Shown here one piece after another: positions 56,997-64,000 of a stretch of DNA of 64,000 bases. The notes below the pieces were generated by a model. That model worked only from the letters and a program-made list of their open reading frames with translations, made no database searches and was not told the origin of the DNA. Origin of the DNA: a virus; the IMG/VR virus record IMGVR_UViG_3300028830_000283; one strand, written 5' to 3'. The position numbers were made by a program, and so were the translations under genes. The first letter of the stretch is position 1. Every line of letters begins with the position of its first letter.

Positions 56997-57211
56997 TGGC
57001 ATCGGGCAAGATTTGAACCCGCTATGGAACTTCAGTAGTAGCCACAGTTCCGCCGTGCGAAGGGGCTTGGTCTGACAGTGTGCCGAACCGCTTTGCCGTG
57101 TTTCGCAGCCCGATTGTTTCAGCCCCGACTGCCACGCGCATCGCAGAAACTCGGTAGTAACCCCCAGAGCCGCTACACTTCCGAGCGTGTTCCCACCACG
57201 CCGCCGATGTC
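56997..57211 (-). ncRNA. tRNA-like structured RNA (~215 nt) with large central insertion
   Basis: Acceptor CATCGG/CCGATG+CCA; D-like arm GCGTG-GTGGGAA-CACGC; T arm GCGGG-TTCAAAT-CTTGC. Confidence 0.6.
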
Positions 57212-57229
57212 ATAAGTTTTCAAAAATCT

Positions 57230-57538
57230 TTATAAAAAAAACGGCGTATCGCAGCTGATAAGCAAATCTTCGTAAAGCACCGGCACGCCTATTTGCGGCA
57301 ATGTCCTTGCAACTTCCTCGACCGGAACATTGAACTTTTCCGAAATATGAAAAATTAGCCGCTCGTACTGGTCGTCCGTTAAAGCATCCAGATCGAGAAA
57401 ATAAACTTCTTTGTTTTCGTCTAGAACAATCGCCGTTGTCGGCAGTAATCCTTTGACCTGAACTTTTCGCGTCTGGAAAACTTTTTCCCATTCGGCGGCT
57501 CGCGGACTTTGACTGTTGATTATTGCCGTGATTTTCAT
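57230..57538 (-). CDS. Hypothetical protein (102 aa)
   Basis: GGAGG RBS, ATGA overlap. Confidence 0.7.
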   Translation of the reverse strand: MKITAIINSQSPRAAEWEKVFQTRKVQVKGLLPTTAIVLDENKEVYFLDLDALTDDQYERLIFHISEKFNVPVEEVARTLPQIGVPVLYEDLLISCDTPFFL

Positions 57539-57837
57539 TTGCCCTCCACGACAAATCCCTGCTCGCGGGCTTCTGTCATCGACAATTCGCCCTTCTTTTC
57601 TTCGCCGCGCCGCGTCCGCTTAACTTCGAACTTTTTGAAATGAACAAAAGTACCGTCGGGAACGATCGTTTTATAAACGGTTCCGTCCGCGTCCTGGAAG
57701 TAGTGATCGACGCCGTTCTCTTCAACGAGTTTTTCAGTGACAGCTTTTAGCTCGTCGTAAAACTTCTTAATCTCGTCCTTTTGTTTGTCGAGCTCGATGT
57801 AACGCTTGTGCGTGTCGGATAAATTTTCTGCTTTCAT
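57535..57837 (-). CDS. Hypothetical protein (100 aa)
   Basis: Clean ORF, operon packing. Confidence 0.7.
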   Translation of the reverse strand: MKAENLSDTHKRYIELDKQKDEIKKFYDELKAVTEKLVEENGVDHYFQDADGTVYKTIVPDGTFVHFKKFEVKRTRRGEEKKGELSMTEAREQGFVVEGK

Positions 57838-57867
57838 AAAAAATTGGTGGCGGCAGCTTCCGCCGGT

Positions 57868-58293
57868 TTATCTGTGCTTGCAGCGTCTTCCTTTATTTGG
57901 GGAAACCGCGCAGCTCGAACAATAACCTCGTCTCAAACGTTCACCGATAGTTTGAAAATTAACGCCGGTGATTTCAGACCATTGAGCGATCGTGAGCCGT
58001 TTCCCGTCGTGCTCGATAAAAGTATTTCGGGATTGATTATTGTTTTGCTCTTTAACGGTCGCCCATCGCACATTGCCCTTTTCGTAATGACCGTCAATGT
58101 CGATTCTGTCCAAAGTGTGCTCGGGCGACGGCTTGAACCCGATTTCTTCGAAAAATTCAGCGAAGGAAACAAAACGGAACTCGATGCCTCGACCGCCGTA
58201 GTATTTGTAACGCTTATTTTTCTGGCGCGTACATCGATCTTTTGCATTGGCATAAGATTGGTATTCGCTCGAAGAACTTTTTGGTACAGTCAT
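57868..58293 (-). CDS. Phage HNH-like endonuclease
   Basis: 'DRC......YYGGRGI..FAEF..IG.KPSPEHTLDRIDIDGHYEKGNVRWAT.KEQNNN'. Confidence 0.85.
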   Translation of the reverse strand: MTVPKSSSSEYQSYANAKDRCTRQKNKRYKYYGGRGIEFRFVSFAEFFEEIGFKPSPEHTLDRIDIDGHYEKGNVRWATVKEQNNNQSRNTFIEHDGKRLTIAQWSEITGVNFQTIGERLRRGYCSSCAVSPNKGRRCKHR

Positions 58294-58689
58294 AAAATTT
58301 GGGGGCGGCGCAGAAACCTCCGGATTCCTGCTTTCACGCAAATTTTTCTACCCAAACGTGCCGCCGTAAAACTTTCAAGTCCGGGATTCGATCGAATGAA
58401 AAACCGAATCCGGGATTTCAAAGCCGGAGATTTTAACGCAAACCTCCGAAAGCGGGCTTTTGTTCGTTACCGGCATCTAAACGACTGCTTTCCGCCAACC
58501 TTGCCGCCGTTCCGTTTTCACGAGTTGCATTCGTGAATGCGAAAGATAAAACTTGCAACCTCTTCCGCGCGTGATGCTTTAACCTCGATATGTGCGGCGA
58601 AAAATCCTGCCCATCATTTCCGCCGCCTCATAAAAGCGCTCTTTCCGGCTCGTCGGATTAACGGAAAACGAAGCGCTTTTACCAGAAAC

Positions 58690-59199
58690 TCAATCGATCA
58701 CGAACAGCCTTGCGAAAAGACCTTTCAAACTGTGATCGACGAAAATTAACGACTTGATCATTTCCTCTTTTTCGCCTTTGAAATAAGCGCGTTCAGCCGC
58801 CGCCGCCGCGAATCTGAATTCGGCGAACTGCTCGTCGCGCGTCCGGCAAAATTTCATGTTCCCGCGCAAAGCGTCGGCAAAAGATTCCAGAAACAGCCAG
58901 ATGATGTCGAATGTTTTCCGGCTCGTGCGATACGACGCTCCCAAAAGCAAAATCGTGTTTTCCAGGATATTGCGGCGTGTGACGTCCGCCGATTCTTCCG
59001 TCATTTTTCTCGCCGCTCGCGAGCCCATCGGTTTGCCGAGCTCAGTGAACTGCTCGGCGATCTTCGGTGATTTGCGCCAAAACGCGATGCCCAAAACTTT
59101 GCTCGTTGCAGCGGCAAAGTTAACAATGTCGGTCTTTTGTATATTTTCCACTTTCGTTTGTTCTCCCTTGTGTTCCTTTTCTCCGATATTTAGGGGCAA
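58690..59199 (-). CDS. Hypothetical regulatory protein (CII-like position)
   Basis: Helical ORF in early operon; function unverified. Confidence 0.5.
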   Translation of the reverse strand: MPLNIGEKEHKGEQTKVENIQKTDIVNFAAATSKVLGIAFWRKSPKIAEQFTELGKPMGSRAARKMTEESADVTRRNILENTILLLGASYRTSRKTFDIIWLFLESFADALRGNMKFCRTRDEQFAEFRFAAAAAERAYFKGEKEEMIKSLIFVDHSLKGLFARLFVID

Positions 59200-59212
59200 T
59201 CGGAACTATTTT

Positions 59213-59623
59213 TTAATTGCCCGACGATATAGATTTGCTGACAGGTCTTTGAAAATTGTTTGCCGGCAAATCGAGCCAGCCTTGAAAAGCGAGATAGATC
59301 AGATAGACAAGCACCGCGACCAGTAAAATTCGTCCGAGATTCGGCACGTCACGGTTTTCATGTCGTTTGACCTCCTCCTGCGCGTTCAGCTCGATACAGC
59401 GGGCGCAGTATGGAGATTTGCCGAGCGGGGGTCGCTGCGTGCAGTGGCGGCAGAAATCGGCAAGCGGTCTGATGACGCCGGTTCGTGTTTCCGCCGGTGC
59501 GCTCGTTCGCGGCGCCAGCGCGTATTTTTCGGTGAGACGCCCGCCGATCTCAAGTTTCTCTTCCATCGTTTTTCTTCTGTTCGGGAAATAAGCAATCCCG
59601 TTTTCTTCTAAGATCAAACCCAT
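59213..59623 (-). CDS. Hypothetical membrane protein with Zn motif
   Basis: GGAGG RBS; CxxC..CxxC; C-terminal TM. Confidence 0.65.
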   Translation of the reverse strand: MGLILEENGIAYFPNRRKTMEEKLEIGGRLTEKYALAPRTSAPAETRTGVIRPLADFCRHCTQRPPLGKSPYCARCIELNAQEEVKRHENRDVPNLGRILLVAVLVYLIYLAFQGWLDLPANNFQRPVSKSISSGN

Positions 59624-59638
59624 TTTTGTCCTCCGTTT

Positions 59639-59977
59639 TTAGAAAGTTTCCATCCAGTAGATCGCTTTCGCGCCGAAAATAATCGCGCCGAAATCCTTGA
59701 TCTGCTCGAAGCCGACCGCCGCGTGCGTGGCGTAAAGCGCGAGCTTCGGATTGAGCGAAAAAGCATAAGGAACGCTGCCGATCTCGGTGTTCAGCTGAAA
59801 CCGGTTGATTGCGCGGCACTCGCCCGTTTCCAGGTCCTGCCGGACGATATTGCGAACCGCGGCGATTTCTGCGCTCCGGTTTTTCCAGTACCGGTCGAAC
59901 CGGGCGCGGTTATTGTACGCGGTGCGCGAGCCGGAGTGGCGCTGTTTGTATTCAGGAATTCCCCTCGGCATCGGCAT
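59639..59977 (-). CDS. Hypothetical protein (112 aa)
   Basis: GGAGG RBS. Confidence 0.6.
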   Translation of the reverse strand: MPMPRGIPEYKQRHSGSRTAYNNRARFDRYWKNRSAEIAAVRNIVRQDLETGECRAINRFQLNTEIGSVPYAFSLNPKLALYATHAAVGFEQIKDFGAIIFGAKAIYWMETF

Positions 59978-60167
59978 CCTCCAGATCGGTCACGAATTTT
60001 TCGAATTCCGGGTGCGATTCGACCAGATAGTAAACGGCTGATGACACCGTCCGCTTCGTTTTTTTGGCGAAGCGTTTGACCTGCTCGAAAAATGGCGGCG
60101 GAACACGAGAAGCAAGTGTCACGACGCTCGCTTCCGGTTCTCCGGCGTTATTAAGTTGATTAACCAT
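59952..60167 (-). CDS. Ribbon-helix-helix (Arc-like) Cro analogue
   Basis: 'VVTLASRVPPPFFEQVKRFAKKTKRTVSSAVYYLVE'; divergent from repressor. Confidence 0.7.
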   Translation of the reverse strand: MVNQLNNAGEPEASVVTLASRVPPPFFEQVKRFAKKTKRTVSSAVYYLVESHPEFEKFVTDLEDADAEGNS

Positions 60168-60191
60168 ATTTGTAATTATCTCCAACCGTTT

Positions 60192-60295
60192 TGTATGAAA
60201 GTTCATACAGTTTTCAGAGATTAAACTTTTAAAATGACATTGTCAAGCAATCCATACAAATTGTATGAAAAAATTTACGTCAGAAATGATATACA
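60192..60295. promoter_or_regulatory. Immunity switch: 18-bp operators TGTATG-N6-CATACA
   Basis: TGTATGAAAGTTCATACA (60192), TGTCAAGCAATCCATACA (60241), TGTATGAAAAAATTTACG (60262), CGTCAGAAATGATATACA (60278). Confidence 0.75.
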
Positions 60296-60302
60296 GTTTG
60301 TT

Positions 60303-60776
60303 GTGAATAACACACAAACGATTTCTCTTTCGGAATTTGTGCGAGATCAAATCCGCGATAAGGATTTAAGCTATCGAAAAGTTGCCGCTAAATCTCGCGG
60401 TTTAATCACGCATTCGACTGTCAGCGAAGTCGTTAACGGGCTCAATACGAATCCGGCATTAAACATTCTGCTCGGACTCGCTTACGGTCTCGGTGTGTTG
60501 CCGGAAGTAATTTTTGCCGTCGCCCGAGGTATCAATCTTGACGATCGAACGCTGGCGAGTATCGAACTGCAGTCGGCTGCTCAAATTTTCGAAAATCTTC
60601 AAACCGACGACGCCAGGCAAAAGGCGGAATTGATGATTGGAGTATTAAGACGGGAAATCGAGCGGATCAGAGACGAGGAAAATCTGCGTCTTGCAGGAAA
60701 CGATGTCAGCGTCAATGAAAAGGGTCAGAATGTTATCCAAGTCAAAAGTAAAAAGATCACGCGCGAGGGCAGATAA
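60303..60776 (+). CDS. CI-like XRE repressor without S24 peptidase domain
   Basis: 'LSEFVRDQIRDKDLSYRKVAAKS.GLITHSTVSEVVNG..NP....LLGLAYGLGV'; start uncertain (GTG 60303 or ATG 60234). Confidence 0.8.
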   Translation: MNNTQTISLSEFVRDQIRDKDLSYRKVAAKSRGLITHSTVSEVVNGLNTNPALNILLGLAYGLGVLPEVIFAVARGINLDDRTLASIELQSAAQIFENLQTDDARQKAELMIGVLRREIERIRDEENLRLAGNDVSVNEKGQNVIQVKSKKITREGR

Positions 60777-60811
60777 AAAATCGGCTTCCGGATTGGAGAT
60801 AATCCGGAAGC
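60775..60811 (-). terminator. Hairpin terminator between convergent repressor and peptide genes
   Basis: GCTTCCGGATT-6nt-AATCCGGAAGC with T-tract on minus strand. Confidence 0.7.
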
Positions 60812-60828
60812 GGTTACTCGAAGAGAAT

Positions 60829-61032
60829 TTAACCGAAGATTTTTTTGAGAAAATCTTTGACAAATTCGACCGTTTCGTCAATCGGGGATTTTTCGGAGAC
60901 CTTTATTTCAGTGCCGGAATCCGCCAAACATCCCGATTGACAACTTTTGCCGCCGCCCGGTAAATCGCCGTCGGCAAATGCCGACAGACTCAATACAGCC
61001 GTCAGCATTAAAGCTGCTGTTAGTTTTTTCAT
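60829..61032 (-). CDS. Small secreted peptide precursor (67 aa)
   Basis: AAGGAG RBS; Sec signal MKKLTAALMLTAVLSLSAFA; mature DGDLPGGGKSCQSGC..; amphipathic C-terminus. Confidence 0.8.
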   Translation of the reverse strand: MKKLTAALMLTAVLSLSAFADGDLPGGGKSCQSGCLADSGTEIKVSEKSPIDETVEFVKDFLKKIFG

Positions 61033-61114
61033 TGTTTTGTTTTACTTCTCCTTAAATTAAAGATTTAGGGGGCATTTATAGAATACTTTTAATTTAAGGG
61101 TAGTTTCAAAATTT

Positions 61115-62581
61115 ATGCGTGCTTCCATTCCCGTATGCGTGACTGAAGTTTGCCGGGCAGCTTATCGAGCCGAGATTTCCGGCAAGTATGAATCAGGTCT
61201 GAACTTAATAATTCCTTACTGGAATTACAAGCAGCCGGAAATGTCCGTTGTAAAGGAAAACCTTTCCGATAGAGAAACATCTGAAATTTTTTTAAGGGCG
61301 GGCGCTCTTTACGGATTTTTCGGATTCTCGCAGCCGATTTTTCAGGAAACATCAAAAGACCTTTTAACAGAAGCCTTAACTTGTTATCAGGCTCTGGACG
61401 ATGAAGCGAAACAAGCCGAATGTTGTAATTATTTGGCTTTGGCGTATTGGCGGATGGGCAATTTAGAGGAGTCCGATGCCTGGCTTTCTCTGAGTCTGCA
61501 TCGAAAAAAAACTGACGAAACATTTCTTCATACGCTCATTGTTGAATCTCTCGTTAATTTGACGAAAGGCGAAAACCTTCCGGTGATCGGAAAGTTTATC
61601 GATTATCGCGATCTCTTTCTAAAATCCGAGAACTTATTTTTGAAAGGCGTGTTTTTCATGAATTTCGCTCTTGCCAAAAAAAATATCGGAGAATCTCACG
61701 AGACCATCAAAGATTTTGAAAAAGCCGCCGATTTATTTGCTCGTCTGGATAACAAGCCGTATTTCTCGATGGCGCAAAACAACATCGCCCGATATTTTCA
61801 AAACTGCAAAATGTTCGATAAGGCAATGGAATACGCCCAAAAAGCCCAGTCAATCGCACTGGAAACCGGTGATCTTCAAAAAATCGGCGGCATTTATGAT
61901 ACTCAGGCTCAAATTTCTCTTGATCTTAATTCACCGCTCATGGCTGAATACTATGCTGCCAAATCAATCGAAGTTTTATCGAAAACCGAAGCTTACGGGT
62001 ATTTGATCGAAAGTTACGAAACGCTTTTGCAATGTCAGCTCATGCTCGGTAAATGCAGCGAAGCTCTCATTACCTATCATCAGGCGATGACGGTCGCTGC
62101 CGACAAATGCGGAAAATCCGTCGTCGAAAGATTAACCGCCGCCGCCGCCGCCGCGTTCAAGCGATCCCGCTCGATCAAGCTCTACCGCGAAGGCGGCGCG
62201 CTTCACTTTCACGAATATTATGAACTGGTTTTGCCCGACGGATTTTTCTCGGCGCACGAGATCACCGCGATCGAGTCGGCATCCACAAGATTGGAACACA
62301 TCGGCATCAGAGCGGGCGATCTGATCGTCGTCGAACAGTGCGATGTCGTCAGCGGCGATTTCATCGCGCTGAATACCAAAACTAATGTTTCATACTGCGG
62401 AATCGTCGATTTCGTCGGTGAGAGAGTCATTCTTAAATTCGAAGCCGGCGCGAAACGACGGCTGAATTTTTCGATCCGCGATGTGCAGATCGTCGGCAAG
62501 GTCATCGGACACTGCCGTGTCGAAAACGAATATGTCAATGTTCTCAAAGTAAATCCGATTTCTGATTTTGAATTTCAGTGA
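61115..62581 (+). CDS. TPR-repeat protein with C-terminal degenerate S24/LexA-like domain
   Basis: TPR helices ('AECCNYLALAYWRMG', 'SMAQNNIARYF', 'GIYDTQAQI'); C-terminal 'LEHIGIRAGDLIVV..SGDFIAL..VQIVGKVIG'. Confidence 0.8.
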   Translation: MRASIPVCVTEVCRAAYRAEISGKYESGLNLIIPYWNYKQPEMSVVKENLSDRETSEIFLRAGALYGFFGFSQPIFQETSKDLLTEALTCYQALDDEAKQAECCNYLALAYWRMGNLEESDAWLSLSLHRKKTDETFLHTLIVESLVNLTKGENLPVIGKFIDYRDLFLKSENLFLKGVFFMNFALAKKNIGESHETIKDFEKAADLFARLDNKPYFSMAQNNIARYFQNCKMFDKAMEYAQKAQSIALETGDLQKIGGIYDTQAQISLDLNSPLMAEYYAAKSIEVLSKTEAYGYLIESYETLLQCQLMLGKCSEALITYHQAMTVAADKCGKSVVERLTAAAAAAFKRSRSIKLYREGGALHFHEYYELVLPDGFFSAHEITAIESASTRLEHIGIRAGDLIVVEQCDVVSGDFIALNTKTNVSYCGIVDFVGERVILKFEAGAKRRLNFSIRDVQIVGKVIGHCRVENEYVNVLKVNPISDFEFQ

Positions 62582-62588
62582 GGTAAAT

Positions 62589-62915
62589 ATGCAGCAGCAG
62601 CAACAATCCCAGAATGGTTTAACGGTCGGCAAAGCCGCCTTGATCGGTACTCTCGTGGCAGTCCCGGTCGGCATCGGAGCATTTTTATACGGGTATTCGA
62701 ATAATTTAAATCCCGCGCCGGAAACTTTTGCCCAAACGACACAATCGACGCAAACTAATGCGATCGATCTCAGGATCAAGGGCAACAAAAATTCAAAAAT
62801 TTATCATATGAAGGGTTGTCCGAATTACAACGATATTTCGGAACGAAACATCGTCTGGTTCAAAACAAAAGAGGAGGCTGAAGCCGCCGGATATCGAATG
62901 GCGAAAAACTGTTAA
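62589..62915 (+). CDS. Membrane-anchored protein with Ada-like metal-binding domain
   Basis: TM then 'IKGNKNSKIYHMKGCPNY..I...N.VWFKT.EEAEAAGYR'. Confidence 0.8.
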   Translation: MQQQQQSQNGLTVGKAALIGTLVAVPVGIGAFLYGYSNNLNPAPETFAQTTQSTQTNAIDLRIKGNKNSKIYHMKGCPNYNDISERNIVWFKTKEEAEAAGYRMAKNC

Positions 62916-62916
62916 G

Positions 62917-63489
62917 ATGAAAATAAAATCTTTTTATTCATTTTTTTTGCTGATTTTGGCAATATATTTTGCTTCGGTTTCAATCGCTTCCGCTCAGAAA
63001 ATACCCTGCCGCGCGAAAATAGCGCAGATGCCGGCGCTTCGCGGTCTAAAACTTTTTATGACGGAAAAGGAGGTTCGAGCCTTATTTCCTAAATTTGTAT
63101 TGAAAAAATCGCCATTTGGATTATCAGGTGAGGAATTTGAAGCAACTATTCCGAAGAAAAATATACCCGGCAATGTCTCCGGCAAAAATGTTCAATCCAT
63201 AAAAATCGGCTTCGACGAAGGCAAGCTGGTCGTTTTTGTTATTTATTATGATGATTCTATTTTTTGGGGTTCGGCGGAAGAGTTTGTTAAAAACATTACT
63301 ACTTCCTTCAAGATACCATCGATCGCTTGGGATCCTATTTTGGATGGTGAGAATGCTTACAGTGTGACTTGTTTGGATTTTATGATGATTGCCAGTGTCA
63401 ATAAAGGCAGGGCTCATTTAGAAATAAGTCAAAGCATTGAAAAAATGATCGAATCCCACAATAAAAAGAAAAAGGAGTTTAAGCCCTAA
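62917..63489 (+). CDS. Secreted hypothetical protein (possible superinfection exclusion/lysogenic conversion)
   Basis: Signal peptide ending ASA-Q; AT-rich; located between repressor region and integrase. Confidence 0.7.
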   Translation: MKIKSFYSFFLLILAIYFASVSIASAQKIPCRAKIAQMPALRGLKLFMTEKEVRALFPKFVLKKSPFGLSGEEFEATIPKKNIPGNVSGKNVQSIKIGFDEGKLVVFVIYYDDSIFWGSAEEFVKNITTSFKIPSIAWDPILDGENAYSVTCLDFMMIASVNKGRAHLEISQSIEKMIESHNKKKKEFKP

Positions 63490-63491
63490 AG

Positions 63492-64000
63492 ATGCCGCGC
63501 ACGAAAGAAACCCGGAATCCCTTCGGCACGATCGAAGAAAAACAGATCGTCATGAAAGGAAAAAAACGAAAGGTCTGGGACGTCCGCAAGCGATATGCGG
63601 CGCAGGACGCCGACGGCAACTTTCTGCTCGACTCGAAAGGCAAAAAAATATACCGCGAAAAAACGAGGCGCTGTTATTCGCTGAGTGAAGCGCAAACCGC
63701 GCTCATGAGCATGCCGGCGGAGATCAGGGAAAAACAGGAAAAAGAAAAGCTCGAAGAACTCAAACACCGGAAGAAGCTCTACACTTTCCGCGAGCTCGTC
63801 GCGCGATTTCGCAAAACCGAGGTCAAGCCGGCGGTCATCGTCGGCGGTCGGAAAATCAGCGGGTACAAACAGGATCTTGAGAACGTCAAAAGAATTCTCG
63901 ATCTCTTTGAAAATTATTTCGGTGACAGGATCATTAGCGAATTTACATATCATGATCTCGAATCGTTCCGGTCATGGTATGCGGAGCGGCATACCAAACG
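63492..64000 (+). CDS. int: Tyrosine integrase, N-terminal part (truncated by window)
   Basis: MPRTKE.., arm-binding-like N-terminus, 'YTFRELVARF', 'NYFGDRIISEFTYHDLESFR' core-binding motif; catalytic domain not seen. Confidence 0.7.
   Translation, partial: MPRTKETRNPFGTIEEKQIVMKGKKRKVWDVRKRYAAQDADGNFLLDSKGKKIYREKTRRCYSLSEAQTALMSMPAEIREKQEKEKLEELKHRKKLYTFRELVARFRKTEVKPAVIVGGRKISGYKQDLENVKRILDLFENYFGDRIISEFTYHDLESFRSWYAERHTK

Larger units (their letters stand above)
1..64000. mobile_element. Temperate podovirus-like (pro)phage
   Basis: Integrase, repressor switch, replication, terminase-portal-capsid, ejection proteins, lysis; no tape measure or sheath gene. Confidence 0.9.

Noticed and set aside
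56997..57211. Canonical tRNA or tmRNA
   Set aside because: No standard anticodon arm, imperfect acceptor stem, no tag ORF; kept only as tRNA-like
57844..58536. 230-aa plus-strand ORF
   Set aside because: Antisense to the HNH gene and the structured region; no motifs
63486..63953. 155-aa minus-strand ORF
   Set aside because: Antisense shadow of the integrase
1..64000. att sites, host genes, alternative genetic code
   Set aside because: Both prophage ends lie outside the window; genes read intact with the standard code

Overview
Most of a temperate, probably short-tailed (podovirus-like) phage or prophage genome, about 50-55% GC. Nearly all genes are on the minus strand. From right to left: a tyrosine integrase (truncated at the right edge); two membrane/secreted genes; an immunity region with a TPR protein, a divergent small secreted peptide, an XRE repressor and an RHH Cro analogue with operators; a long early operon (HNH, Acb2/Tad1-like, HTHs, EVE-like, J-domain, DUF2786, replication initiator with internal iterons, a second small XRE switch, SWIM and EndoVII proteins); terS, terL, portal, scaffold, major capsid, three adaptor-like genes and a nozzle; a Hint-domain protein, GNAT, ejection protein and PAPS-reductase-like gene; three signal-peptide-bearing tail fibre/spike-like genes; a GH19 lysis cassette that includes a membrane-PAS protein; a second ejection protein; and a >3100-aa polyvalent protein running off the left edge. 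The host may be Acidobacteriota (Blastocatellia-like), inferred only from recalled resemblance of the TPR/peptide pair. The most notable findings are (i) a candidate arbitrium-like peptide/TPR-receptor pair beside the lysis-lysogeny switch, (ii) an antisense promoter plus ~68-nt hairpin sRNA hidden inside the giant gene next to its MuF-C domain, (iii) three conserved leader-terminator elements dividing the late operon, and (iv) tRNA-like structured RNAs in the early operon. All family calls come from motif recognition by eye; no database search was run.
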